From NCBI RefSeq assembly GCF_003918875.1, contig NW_025766026.1:1302001-1366000 (forward strand): a stretch of DNA of 64,000 nt. The letters run 5' to 3'. Shown here piece by piece: positions 1 to 13,460 of the stretch (positions are counted from its first letter, which is position 1; the number at the start of each line of letters is the position of its first letter). This DNA is from Haliotis rubra. Its lineage: Eukaryota. Below the pieces are notes generated by a model, which saw nothing but the letters and a program-made list of their open reading frames with translations, did no database searches and had not been told where the DNA came from. Position numbers and translations under genes: made by a program.

Positions 1-39
1 AAAGAAGACTAGGCAAACAGGCAGTAAAAATTAAGAATG

Positions 40-350
40 GAAAATGCCTTTCAGAAGCTGGTCGAATGTAACATATGTTATATTTGGGATTACGCTTTCT
101 TAGTAAAAGGGCAAGCTAGAGTACTTCCTGCTGTGTAGTCCCATCTGGGTTTCGAACCCACACTCCTGTGGGAAGTCACCGAGTCGCCAGCACAGAACAT
201 CAGCGACCTGACCCACTCACCCATACTTCTGAGGGCAGGGCTCCGAAGACTATGAATAGACAATTCCCAGGATTCGAATCCCGAATGGAACTCCACTGAA
301 AAACAATACTAGAAATTGTATTGTATATGAGAAAGTCTAATCCCCATATA
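40..350. repeat. Dispersed repeat with tRNA-like B-box remnants, repeated at about 3340-3740
   Basis: Shared blocks GGTC.AATGTAACATATG and CCCATC.GG.TTCGAAC...CGCCAGCACA.AA.ATCAGC. Confidence 0.55.
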
Positions 351-1128
351 TAACATATGGCAGGCCAATATCAATATCTAGCATAATATAATTATAGTTT
401 TAGTAAGTAAATTTATCCAAGGAGAATAAAATCATATGTGTTAATGATGATCGCCAATGATTTCATATTGAGACTGTATTTAAACGACTGAAACGAAATT
501 AATTAATTTTTCGAAGTGACTTCATGAGTCAACTTCATCACATACTGTTAATACATGAGTTACCTCTAAGGTGACTAAAATACTAAAATCTACCCAGTAA
601 TAAGTCGGAACCAAATAAGAATATCTCTATAACAACGTAAAACAACACGAAGAGAGCACCGAAAAGCTTGCGTTAGGCCAATCTCTTCTTATTTACAAAC
701 ATGCGCGTTTGTTTTCAAACAAGAGAAAAGTCCGGTCACGTGATGTGCAAATTAGCCTGTGGCAGTGATTTTTTTTTTTAAATTCTAGTTAAGCACCGCA
801 ACCAGCTTGTGCAGTCTACAAACTATGTAAGCTGTTATCCGTCGGGAAATGGTTGTGGCACACTTTGCCCCAAATGGGAATCGTTGCTTGATATCGTTGC
901 TAGCATCTTAACGAAAAATGGAATGCACTGTGAGTACAAGGGCACTACGACACATGAGTCTCTCTGGAACCATAAAAATGCCAAGTGATGAATAATGATA
1001 TCAGCTCACCACGTCGACCTTTTGGCTGTCATCCGGATTACACAGGTGCCATTGTATATTTTCTTGATGTTAATTTCATGCCATGCATTTCAATGGTCCA
1101 TACCTACATAGTTTTGAGTATGTTTCAG

Positions 1129-2436
1129 GTTCTGTAAGCGGCAAGATCACAAGCCTTGACATCACGCCATGTGCCTCCTTCCCTTGCCTGTTCCCCAAGG
1201 GAAAGAACGTCAGCGTCTCCATCACCATCACCGCCAGTACGTGGATACCCTTACTCCTTCCGATTGAGGCACTGTTAATCAGGGGGCATAGGGCTAGCCT
1301 AGCGTTTAAGCGTTCGCTCGTCACGCCGAGAACCCGGGTTCGATTCCCTCATGGGTACAATGGAAACCAACTTTTGGTGTCCCCCGCCGTGATATTGCTG
1401 GAATATTGCTAAAAGCGGCGTAAAACTAAACTCACTCACTGTTAATCAGTCAGCCGATCTTTAGCGGGTGTGAAGAATAGAGGTCAAAGCGACCATCTCT
1501 CATCATATTCTTGATATGATATGACAGTACAATGCATGAAATGCTTTCGTGATATCCTTCCATGAGATTGTTGGAAAGTTGCACTTTCTCACTCTCTTAT
1601 TACATTAACTGCTACAGCTTCCTGTGCGTGGTGGGTACAGTTCCTGCAGAAAGTCGTTGTTTTTATACCAAACGACGTTAGGATATGATACTTCTTGTTA
1701 CCCTGTCTGGCGAACAGCATTAATCAAATATAACTACTGGGTAGTCCAAGCAGGGTATCCGTATTAAACTGTTTGTCAGTGAGCTAGCAATATACAATTG
1801 GCATAGTATAGGCTAGTATATGATCCATCCCTTCATTAAATTAGTGACGTCATCTTGAGCGTCACGTCAAACCCCACTATCTCACCTCTGTGTATTCTAA
1901 GCATGTCCATGGCATCCATTGTATAGGCGCCCAGGTGACGTCAGCTAAGACAGAAGTTCACGGCATCATCGCTGGCATCCTGACGCCCTTCCCCCTGGCC
2001 CAGCCCGACGCCTGCAAGGATATGACCTGCCCCGTCAACAGTGGCTCCGACGTCACCTACACCAACCAAATCTTGGTGCAGGAAGTCTACCCTAAGGTAT
2101 ACCATCCTTTTGAGGTGATACAACAGACTACAGACAGACTAAATATCTTTCTTTTAAAAATTATTTCATTGGTGGTATATTTTAGCGGGAAGGCAATTTC
2201 TTTCCTTTTTCAAAACACAATTTTTTCTAGTATTTTTTTCGCTTCGTTGAAGATCCGTATAATGTGGCAAGAAAACAATATGTGTTCTTCACATTTCATT
2301 ATCCTTCTTGACTTAAACAATGTGATCGTTTGCATGCCTCCTGTTTCAGATCCGCCTGGTCGTCAAGTGGGAAATTCAGGATCAGTCAGGACAAGACTTT
2401 ATCTGCTTCGAGGTTCCGGCGGAAATCACTGATTGA
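1129..2436 (+). CDS. NPC2: NPC2/ML-domain lipid-binding protein, copy 1 (5'-partial; exons 1129-1236, 1927-2096, 2350-2436)
   Basis: GT-AG exons in phases 1/1/0 splice to GSVSGKITSLDITPCASFPCLFPKGKNVSVSITITASAQVTSAKTEVHGIIAGILTPFPLAQPDACKDMTCPVNSGSDVTYTNQILVQEVYPKIRLVVKWEIQDQSGQDFICFEVPAEITD*. This shows the NPC2 Cys spacing and the PFP, YP and VVKW motifs. The signal-peptide exon was not found and is presumably upstream of the window. Confidence 0.92.
1281..1440 (+). mobile_element. SINE family A (about 160 bp, tRNA-derived head, (CACT)n tail); at least 15 full or partial copies in the window
   Basis: A box TAGCCTAG(T/C)G and B box GGTTCGATTCC, with TSD CACTGTTAATCAG here. Other copies at about 6560-6725 (TSD CTTCCCATCCA), 10790, 13464, 17640, 18915, 19586, 20558, 20862, 24050, 29770, 29945, 48315, 53370, 59465 (TSD TCATACCTTTAACA) and 60178. 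Confidence 0.9.
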
Positions 2437-3012
2437 ACATGCGCTGTGCTCCATACCGGAAATGCCATAGGCTAGTTCAGTCTAGGTATAATTTGATTCT
2501 CTCGCTTTTGGGGCTTTAAAGACCCTTGGTTTCAGTGAATTAAAAAGTAGATTAGTGCTATGTTGTTGTTGTTGTTGTTATTGTTGTACAAATACTGTGA
2601 TCTCTTTTCATGAACCGATCGTAACGCTACGACCTCCTCGGTTCCGTCTTTTAGCCTCGGCATACGGTGACTTACTTAAGGTAGGATCACGGTAACATGG
2701 ACTGTCCATTATATCAACTTACAACAGACGAAAATCTAAGATCACAGTAACACCGGCTGTTTTATGTGGACGTAAAGCTCAGATCACGTTAAAATCCTCT
2801 TTGTAAGGGACCGTCCATAATTTATAGCTGTGTGTGTGTGCGTGCTTGCTTGCGTGTGTATGCGTGTGTGTGAGAGAGAGAGAGAGAGATGTTGATTTTT
2901 ATGGAGAAGCATTACAATGTGAATGACACCCCACCCCCTCAAACTTATGTACAAAGTAAGTGACCCCACACCCACCCACCCCGCACGTCATGTACAAAAT
3001 CATATCTCTCAA

Positions 3013-3066
<54 letters not shown>
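3013..3066. repeat. (TCTCAC)n microsatellite; others include (CA)n at about 11330-11366, (TG)n at 38213-38236 and (TCTG)n at 41494-41527
   Basis: Read directly from the sequence. Confidence 0.95.
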
Positions 3067-4050
3067 ACACTGAAAACTGTGTCTGTTTAAGGTCGATTTA
3101 CGACAGTCGTAACGCTACGACTGAGACACAGGTGCATGGGTAGACATGAAGTGTAAGGTCGGGCCGTCAAGTCGAAGGTTCGACTCCAAACATGGTCACT
3201 GCCATGATTGTTACTAGACACGGACTGACATAGCGTGTGTTTAAGACAGTGATAGTGATGATACCAGTTGTCCATAGCCTGCCCCTTTGACGACACCTGT
3301 TGCAAACACACGCAAAGACAAGGCAATTGTTATAAATACAAAATACCATTAAGAAAGTGGTCAAATGTAACATATGATATATAGTTCATTACAGTTCTCA
3401 GTAAACTAAAGACATTAGTACTATTGTTGGGTTGAGTCCCATCCCGGATTCGAACAAACACTCTCAGTTTCAGGCACCTTACCGCCAGCACACAAAATCA
3501 GCCTTCTAGTCCACTCAGCCTACACAGAAATGAAAGTCAGACTTTGCCTACAACTCTGACAAGGGCAAACTGGCACAGCTCCTATGGCGCAAAGCTAAGA
3601 ATACACAATGTCATTTAGAAAGTGGTCTAAAGTAACACATGTTATATTTCGGATTACACATTCTCAGATAAGTACAGATTCTAGTACTTTGTTGGTTTGA
3701 GAAAGTGTAATTTCAAATATAACATGTGTTACAAGTCGATAGTTCACCCAAACAGTTATGGTACTCGCATTTCCAGGGAATTGCATTTTTTGCATGAATT
3801 TCTTTCACTATAAATTATGGATAACAACTTCTTCGTGACTTTCGTGAGTGCGACGTTTCGATACAGATTCTTGTACCGTTATCAAGCGGGATCATTCGGG
3901 GTTTTTTTCAGTCCTAACATTTTTTATCACTGGCACATGAAGTTAAACTTCAAATTGTGTTCATTTGTTATCATAATAATGAAGATGGAAATATTAATGA
4001 GTAAAAAAGAGTTCATCTTTGTTGATCAATGTAAGGATATACATATACTT

Positions 4051-4973
4051 GGGTCTAGGACAATTGCCATCCGGACAATCGGCACCGGACTATTGCCACC
4101 TAGGACAATTGCCACCAAAAACATTTTAAAACATTCAGTTTCTTTAACAATTTTTATTGAGTTTGACATGGTAATCAATATCAAATAATAACATAATCTT
4201 CCATATTACCAACTTTCAACAGCTTAGATTTTGAGAAGGCGTTCGATACAGTATCTACTACAGATTTCTTTGATTATTGTCTTAGCTAAATCTGGTTTTG
4301 GTCCAGAAATCATTCGTTGGATAATGCCATATGAAACAACATCCTGTGTTATCCAACATGGTAAACTCTCTGATTTTTTCGTAAATGACCGAGGATGCAG
4401 GCAAGGACATCCTCTGTCACCGTACCTCTTTATTTTCGTCGCCGAAATGGTTGTATGATTAGAAGTAATAAGAACATAACAGTTATTGCTATTTACAAGA
4501 ACGAGTCTAAATTGAATCAATGTGCAGATGATACTGAATTATTTCTTGAAGAGAGTGAACAAAGCTTAAAGGCTGCTATTGATGAATTTTATACTTTTTA
4601 TAAATTGACAGGACTTCAAATAAACATTGATACGATTCTAGCAAATATACGATTAGGCACTCTAGAAATATCCTTTTTTTATTTACTCATAACTGAATGT
4701 CATTAGAATTTGTTGAAATCATGCAAAGGCTCTAGAATTTAAGTTAAGAATCTAAGAATCTAGTTGATCAAAGTCAGAATATGAATATACCAAGAAAACA
4801 CTGACTCTTCATCATCTAAAGTTGTGTTTATTGACAACCTGCATTCATTTTCTCAAATAAAATTACATTATATAAAACTTCTGGGTGGCAATAGTCCTCA
4901 CTATCATAGCAAAAATAACTGGGCGGCATTTGTTCAAGGTGGCAATTGCCCGAGTGGTAATTGTCCTTCTCCC
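4051..4973. mobile_element. TIR DNA element with GGACAATTGCC subterminal repeats, containing a LINE RT fragment
   Basis: Ends GGGTCTAGGACAATT and AATTGTCCTTCTCCC, inverted subterminal repeats, and TSD ATATACTT (8 bp, or 9 bp CATATACTT) on both sides. Confidence 0.75.
4215..4660 (+). pseudogene. Degenerate non-LTR (L1/Tx1-like) reverse transcriptase fragment
   Basis: Frameshifted motifs LDFEKAFDTV, GCRQGHPLSPYLF, QCADDT and TGLQIN. Confidence 0.85.
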
Positions 4974-7900
4974 ATATACTTATACTACCAATTGCGCTTG
5001 CGGGTGGCGCAGCAGAGATTGCAACCCAGTCAATGATTCTGGGATATCATCCAGGTAGTCGCTGGGGGAAAAGGCAACAAAGGCAACAACCAGTCCCGTG
5101 GAATTGCTCTGGATCAGTGTCCCCTTAATGAACCCTTACAACTAAGCCCTCTTCTATGGGAACATTCCCAATGAATGCATGACTTTCTTGAAACCTTTCT
5201 AGTATACATGCATCCATCACAGCAATGTTTTTTACCACCTGTTATTTTTTGGTATAATTTCCATCTTGTAATGCTATTAAGTCTGTAAACACTGACGTTA
5301 ATGATAATGAGATCAACCGTATATACTTTGTCCAGCTTTGGTGAAGTGCAAAAACTATATATATCCAGAGCAAAGTATTAAGGTGGGTGACTAGTAAGGT
5401 GAGGATTAATTAGAAAAATTAATTAGAAAAAGAATTACAAAGCAACAAATGACAGCTTGACAACGGTACAAGAATATGTATCGAATCGTCGCACTTCCGA
5501 AATAAATAAGATGTTATCCATAACGTTTGTTCAATATTGTATCTCACAACTTCTAAAATGCCACTCAAACAAGTTTCTTTCACTAATGCGTCAGATTTGG
5601 AATGTCCTCCTCATGATCACCATAATGCGTTTGGAAAACTTTACAGAGGATGTAGCCTAGATAACTTTTAGTCCAGCGGATAAGTGATTAAATTGTGCAC
5701 TTTGAAATTTGGCATGATTGTAGCTTATTCCCTTCTTATCAAATAAAGACTGAGAGGCGTCGCATAATTTTTTATATTTTTCATATTTTTTGGGGGAAAA
5801 TAAATCATTTTCTTCTACTATTTTCGTCATAATATTTTTCTAAAATCTCCAATTCTCATACATCATATATTATAGCTGATCATTTTTCATCTATACATGT
5901 CTTTTTATCTTTAACGGTTAGGTCCACGGAAGACAATTTATATAATGACTACCCGAAAATGGGAAAATTGACGGACATATTTCAAAATGGACTGCATCAG
6001 TAAAATAAGTATGAGATCATTCTTGGTGGAAGTGTGGGACGGAGGCATATTTCTCGGCAAAAAGTGAACTTAAAGACGGGAAAGCTGAAGTTATCAATCT
6101 TGTCATTAAAGTTTAGTGAAGAGTTTTCGACAAATTGTTTGAGTTTTTGAGAAACCACATGGTAAGAACTCGACGACTCAATACTTTCTGTAAGCACAAA
6201 GAAAGACTGAATGTCAAGTGGTCTATCTTCGAGACAGGTGGTACATTTGCTGGACTCCGACTTGTAATCAGTTACAAAGATAAGGACAGCTGAGACTTTC
6301 TTATCTATCCATGATCCTGACTTGTATCCAAATTCAAGTCTATCAACATTATATAAACAACACATGTGTACGCATGCAGGGACTAAACATAGAATGTTTC
6401 ATTCTGATCAATCGTATAGCATAAAACCACCGATTTATTCAAACACGATTTCCTTGTTCACTTGGCTACTGGTTCCTTCTTGGTTACTTGATACAAGTGT
6501 TCATGGTCTGACTCCAGCAGGAACACACATGAGTGTGGCGACAGTCTTCTTCCCATCCAAGGGTGGTGGGGTAGCTTAGTGGTTAAAGGTTTGCTCGTCA
6601 CGCTGAAGACCCGGGTTCGATTCCCCACATGGGTACAATGTGTGAAGCCCATTTCTGGTGTCACTCGCCGTGATATTGCCGGAATATTACTAAAAGCGGC
6701 GTAAAACTGAACTCACTCACTCACACTTCCCATCCATGTGTTGCTTCATACCCCTTACAGAACATTCTACGCGTGGAGCTAAACTTCCACTTCACCAGAA
6801 TCAAAGTTCATATTTGTAAAACATTGTTATGGTTTTGGTTTGGGTCGTGCTTTTTAGACCTTTAACCTGTGCAATGTCCATCAGTTGTACCCTACCAATT
6901 GTTCTATGAACTGTATGGCCCCTGAAACAATACCCCGATAGTCTACAAACGTGTGACTTTATCGTATGACATACTCATCTGAATCAGTGTCAACATATGT
7001 GCGTCAAAACTTGAAAGTCACCACGAAGATTAGATACCATGCACCACACGTAGGAACAGTATTTCCCAAATTTAACAATGTTAGGAAATTAAGGCGTCAT
7101 TCGAGGACCATATGATCGTTTGAAATGTACGTATCATTTTGCCGCAAAATGTGTATTCATTACGCAGGTCATCAAATGAAAGAGCATTTGAAAGCTATGA
7201 ACAAATAACACAGAAGTGAGTAAATATGGTCATCGTTTCAAACATATTAAGAACGTTTGAAATATTTGTAAATATTGTTTATTGATGACACAGGACGGTA
7301 TAAATACCCTTGAAATCGTGCATATCAAGGTTTAGATTTATCCTATGTTTCATACTCTCCTAAAGGATCGTTTATTGGTAAATGGATTATTACCATATTG
7401 ACAGAAATGAGCGTTTATTTCAGTGGTTCGGTGATATAACTAATTGCAGCCATGACTAGGAGCACCCACGCCAGTAACATACATAGGTCACTGGTAACAT
7501 ATGGCGCGGGGATCCATTTTACCACAGACAGAAGTTCCCTGTATATTTGTTGACCCACACTTTATCGACGCACTGCATTGAACTGGTCTACGATTTCAAA
7601 CTCAGCAAACATCCTTTCCCACCATTATTTGATAGTAATACAGGCATATACATTTATTATATAATCCTAATCATATAATTGACAATGGTATTAACTTCAA
7701 TCACCTTATGATAACGTAAGAGATTTTACCGAAAGCTGATGTGCAAAATAACAAAATAACATAACATTTAATCATATAATGTTTTATATGTGATAATGTG
7801 CATCAATTCTGCTAAAGTGCACAATGTATGTTAGGTTGGATACATCAAAAAGGGTATTTGGAGACGAAATATATATCAGAGATTCCAATTATGCGCACGA

Positions 7901-8705
7901 AGTTTTTTCATTTTCTAAAGATTGTCTGAGTTTGTTTCCAGTCAACAAGAGACAAATGAAAAGAAATAAGCATTGAACTTCACTCTGAGTGAGTGTACTG
8001 GAGCATTAACCTTTATAGAGCGAGGGCCAAAAGATATAAACGTCGAAGTTTGCGTCTCAGTTTGGAACGCACAATGTCTACATAGGTACACTATTTTTTT
8101 ATGTCATGAGAGCATATATTGCCTGATTATACTTGTCACTTTTCCCTTTCCTCTAGACATGTAATATATTTGTGGTTGTTACTTTTAATACAAAATCGCC
8201 TTTTCATACCAAACTTCAATGCGCCTTGTGTGTTTGGAGCATTAGTGTGTGAATGAAGAGAGTACAATACTGTGACTACGTATGGAACATGCTTTATACC
8301 AGTCAGGTATACACAGGACCATGTGTGTGTACATATACGCATGAGAAATCAAACAACCAAAACATTATAACAACACTGTGCGTAATTACCTAGTGTAGCT
8401 TTAATACCTTGATATTTTTACAGATCTGTTGTTACTGATGGAATGCAGTGGTCGGGGTTTCAAAATCTCTGAATAATGCACGGAAGCCAAACTTATCGTT
8501 TTTTGTAACTTAGTCATTGGTTTAACTACCCAAATAGGCTGGAAGAGTCATAATATGCTGAGTATCCGAAAAGCTTTCAAAACCCAATGTGGTTCAAGCC
8601 CTTTCTGGAGACGTGTCCGACCACTCTCAAATTTAAATTTGTCTGAAGAACTGAAGTGATTAATCTGGTGTGTCCGCTTGCTTTACACTGTTTAGCTTAG
8701 ACAAG

Positions 8706-8714
8706 GTCACGTGA
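8706..8714. promoter_or_regulatory. CLEAR-like E-box GTCACGTGA about 570 bp upstream of NPC2 copy 2 (similar sites at 735-743 and 17539-17547)
   Basis: Matches the TFEB/MiT-TFE consensus GTCACGTGAC at 9 of 10 positions and lies near lysosomal genes. Function is not shown. Confidence 0.4.
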
Positions 8715-9275
8715 ACCTGCATTTGTAAAATTAAAAATATGAACCCAATTTGTTTACATTGTTGAAGAAAAACTGTATCATGTTTTAGGTCCGGTAATAT
8801 GTACATATTCTTGCCTTCAAGTTTATAAGGCATGGAAACATCTGAAAATTGACATGTTTCCCCTTCTGGGGTAATGTCAAACTTTAGTAAACAGAAAATA
8901 TTAGAAATTTCAGTATCTACTGCAATTAATAGGAATGTATTAGGAATACTCGATAATCAAGGTATCAACTTTTGAATTTATTCCTGGAAATGTCTTTAAA
9001 TCCGGTCATAGCATACATGAAAAAGGTGCTTATGCATATACGATGAGCATATGTTTCAAAGATGTTGCTTCATATGAAATAAACGCCCTAACTTACTACA
9101 TATCGGGAAACATACGCAAATCCGGTCATAGCATATATTTCCTACTTAATTTGTATTTGTTTCAGTACCGTAAAATACGGATTTTGATCCTGTGATGGCT
9201 AAATAAGAACAGTGGCATTAACCTCGAGGTCTCTGAAAGGTTGTAATTGTGCTGGACTTCACGCATCCTTTGAAT

Positions 9276-11182
9276 ATGTTCCTGCGAGTGGCGGCCATCC
9301 TGATTCTCACTGTGGTGTCATGTTCTGGAAATCCTGTGACGGAGTTCGAGGACTGCGGTTAGTGACGTAAACACCCGAGATGGTCGGAGTAACACCACGA
9401 GGGAGCCACGATCGAGTTACATGACTACGATTTCGCAAAAACACTTTAAAAACAACCCAAAACACGTAATGTGATTGATGTATTTATGTATGAACATGTA
9501 CTGTGATTACCTATTACCAACAAGCCAGTAAACTAAGCCGTAAACTACCTCATGCTTTATATATAAACATTTAAAGGATGTGTATCAATGTATGTACAAC
9601 TGTGATGTTTACCCTGATTGCACTAACTGTTCTTTCCTCTTGCAGGTTCTACTGTTGGTGAAATCAACCACATAGACATAACGCCCTGTGAGTACAGCTC
9701 CCGGTGTTCAATTCCCCGGGGCAGCAGCGTCACTCTCGCCCTCAACTTCACCGCAAGTACGTCATGCAGGCTTCCCAGAATGAGTGAGCGAGTGAGTGAG
9801 TGAGAGTGAGTGAGTGAGCTCAAGTTTTACGATGCATCGGCATTATTCCAGCCTGATAGCGGCAGGTACTGAATGCATGCACAAGTCCATTTCACAATTT
9901 TTTTTTTTCATTAAAGTATTATTTACAAATAGGAACGTCACAACACTGTATTTTACAAAATCGACTTGATAACATTTGCCATATACCATATACACTTCCT
10001 CTTAACATTCTCTGTTGCAGATGCCGAGATCACTTCAGCTAAAACCTCCATAGCCGGAATAATTAACGACAACTTGTACCCATTTCCGGTTCCGCTTGAT
10101 GCGTGTCAGCACATGGAGTGTCCGTTACAGAAGGGAAGCCAGGCTTTCTACAAGAACTCATTCTTCCTATCAGCAGTACTACCACCGGTACGACCTACCA
10201 ATAATCCTTTTCACCGGATCTGATTCTAATGACACTATACTGGTGGTTGCTTTATTTTTGCTGACACAAAGGTAGCTCGTATTTGTGTAACACATCCAGT
10301 TTGAGACTGAGCTCATGCTAGTTACTGGCTCTTATGCCTTCTACAAAGGTTAGCTCTTAAAGATGTGTATCAGTGTAGCTAGTCTTATCTAAGTGAGACT
10401 GATTAGAATGGTGAGTGAGTATAGTTTTACGCCGCACTCAGCAATATTCAAGCTATATGGCGGCGGTCTGTAAATAATCGAGTCTGGATCAGACAGTCCA
10501 GTGACCAACAGCATGAGCATCGATCTAAGCAACTGGGATACGATGACATGTGTCAAGCAAGTCAGTGAGCTAGACCACCCGATCCCGTTAGTCGTCTTTT
10601 ACGACAAGCATGGGTTGCTGAAGATCACGGATCTTCATTGACGGATCTATGGTAGTGGGTGACTGTTACACCATCCACAAAGATGGGTCTTCGGGAATGT
10701 GTCACATCAGTGTAACACATCTATCTTTATTGTTACTGAGCTTAAACCAGTGGTTAATGTCACTTGTATACCTTCTGTAAAGAATGTTGCGGCTGGGTAG
10801 CCTAGTGGTTAAAGCGTTCGTGCGTCACGTCGTAGGTTCGATTCCCCACATGGGTACAATGTGTGAAGCCCATGTCTGGTGTCCCCGTCGTGATATTGCT
10901 GGAATATTGCTAAAATTGAGTAAAACTAAACTCACTCACTCTACAAATGTGATGTGAGATCTTTTATATCGGTGTCACACGTCTGATTTTAATGATGCTG
11001 GGTCTATACCAGTGATTGCTAAACATGCGTACTACAATGTAATCATTGACATGTAACATCATAATGGCATTCTAAACCATGTTCCCGTGTTTCAGATAAA
11101 TGCCACGGCCAAGTTCGAGCTGCTTGATCAACTCGAGAGACGCATCGTTTGTTTCACTGTTAATGTAAAGCTGGCTTGGTGA
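9276..11182 (+). CDS. NPC2/ML-domain protein, copy 2 (148 aa; exons 9276-9357, 9646-9756, 10021-10187, 11096-11182)
   Basis: Signal peptide MFLRVAAILILTVVSCSG, then EFEDCGSTVGEINHIDITPCEYSSRCSIPRG...YPFPVPLDACQHMECPLQKG...INATAKFELLDQLERRIVCFTVNVKLAW*. All six canonical Cys are present, splice sites are canonical, and there is an AATAAA at 11207. Confidence 0.92.
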
Positions 11183-12127
11183 TGTCAGCTGTCCATATCT
11201 ATAGTGAATAAACATCTTTTCGAACCAAACGCATTATGATTTAACGAGTTTTACAGAAATCATATGGAATCCTACACGGGACAAGCAAAAACAAACAAAA
11301 AGCGTCAAAATTGAGCAAAGCGCGACACGCACGCACGCACGCACACACACACACACACACACACACAAAACAAACAAAAAAACTGTACAATATAAGCAAT
11401 CATGGCTAGCGTCATGGAGTCACGGAACAAATATTTCAGGACACAACACTTGATATATCATGGGTCAAGGGAAAAGATATACTGACTGTACTGTCCATGC
11501 ACCAGCGTGAACGAAGGCTATGCCTGTCTCTAAGGGTAATAGTGTATATAGTTCGGTTTTCGATCGTCAGGATAAAGCGTCAACAACTTGGACCAGCAAC
11601 AGAACGCGACCGCACTCGTTTGGACAGGTATGTGAGCATGGCGATAGCCCCACATCTGCTGTCATCTTTCATACTTCTGAATCAAACATGAAAACTTCAA
11701 ACTAACCTGTCTCGTCCCGTGCCTTCGTTCACGCATCGTGTACTGTATTTCCCGCGAATCACAAAGTGTTCGAGCCCACTCAACTCCCCCTTTGAAAGTT
11801 CCTGGATCCGCCCATACATGTAGGGTAACAATATGGTGCAGGAATCCTGATGTAGATCATTTAAAGAGGTTACAACCAGGCTTGTTAACATCGACCCATC
11901 TGGTTTGTCCCGTTATGTGGAGTAGATTCAATACAAATGGACAAAAAAACGCGCATAAAATCTCCAAATCATCATTATCTTCGCCGAAAAAAGCCTTCAT
12001 GAGAATATCCAGTTGTTGTATACTCGGCGTCAGTAATGAAGGGTCAAGCTTTTGGTAACACTATTTCCAAAATTTGTAAAATTTGTTGGAAATATGTACA
12101 AATGAATGTTTTACCAACTTTCTCAAC

Positions 12128-13460
12128 AGTATGGAAAAACACATCGGGCCACTGAAATGTCATTATTACGTTCTTTAACGTCCGCAGTCTGTTACAAATG
12201 GCGCATCGTTTTATTCAAATTGTCAATATGGAAATCCACCTGTCACTCAATGTCAATGATTTGCACGTGCAAGTCGCTCTATCCATGGAAAGTGGAGGAC
12301 AATACACATGCATTTATGCTTTTTCAATGCCGTTCATTGTTCAGGTTCCTCTTTGAAATCGCAGCCTAAAATGAGACGTTTCGTTGACACTTGCTGAAAG
12401 GGGTCAGGCAATAGGCCTTTTGGAATCTGTCCGCTTTAATGTGAGTCAGAGTGCTATTGGTAGACTGGGAATGGGTCCGTGGAATACGTCGACCAGGTCG
12501 CCCCAGAGTCACAACAGTCCGAGATGATAGGCACATGATTAACACTGCGATTCGTAACACATTCCTTAACGCAGCAGATCTTCAGACAGAACACTTCAAT
12601 GTTAACAATGTAAGGATATCCAGGAGCACCGTTCTTCGACGTTAAGGGGCTGCCGGACTCCGCTGTAGGCGATCTGCAGTTCGTCCACCACGTCAAAGGC
12701 AGGCGCGTTTGAGATGGACTAGACATCATGGCCGCTGGAATCAACGCCAATGGTCTCGTGTGCTCTTCACAGATGAAAGCAGATTCAATTTGTCCTTCCA
12801 TGATGATCGCCAGAGGATTTATCGTCGCAATCGAATCACAGATGCAACTGCGGCCACGCATAACCGATTTGGCGGGGTTCGGTCATGGTTTGGGCATGGA
12901 TAAATCCTACTGGACGTACTCCACTGCACGTGGTCGATTCCTGCAAGTTATGCATGACTTTTATGGTCGATCCTCTTTGCTGCAAGACGACAACGCTAGG
13001 CCTCATAGGGCCAGGATTGTCACGGAATTCCTTAGGCAGCAGGGTGTAGAGCGGATGGAGTGTCCAGCATGCTCGCCAGACCTCAACCCAATTGAGCATG
13101 CCTGTGATGAACTCGGTCGACGTGCGTACACACGTAACCCAGCACCAGTGGATCTCCCAAGACTCCGCAGAGCTCTAGTAGAGGAATGGAATGCGATTCT
13201 GCAAGCTTTCTTTATGAACTTGATCTTGGAGGCGCGAGGGGGTTACACAAGATATTGAATGACCGTGTGCTTCATGTTTGTCATTTTTATTTTGGGGTGT
13301 TGGTCTATACAACTTATGTTTGCTTGTGCTGTTTGAACTTTTTGTCTGTAGGTCACGATGTGTCACGTTTGTCAACACATGAAACATTATTATGATACTC
13401 TTAGTTCTATTATTTCTGAGAAACCTTTCTTTACATGCGATATATGTCATTTGACCCTTT
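12128..13460 (+). mobile_element. Tc1 (DD34E-type) transposon relic; transposase pseudogene about 12440-13258
   Basis: RPGRPRVTT..DDR, VLFTDESRF, LLQDDNARPHRA, SPDLNPIEH, RGGYTRY*. It has internal stops, a frameshift and a deletion. The element ends are approximate. Confidence 0.9.

Noticed and set aside
820-935. Possible exon 1 of NPC2 copy 1 ending at the GTGAGT donor at 930
   Set aside because: The phase would give a Cys codon, but the frame has no ATG followed by a signal peptide. The real exon 1 is more likely upstream of the window.
6560-6640. tRNA-like sequences with A and B boxes (many copies; also about 60020)
   Set aside because: They are SINE heads followed by SINE bodies and TSDs, and I found no complete cloverleaf.
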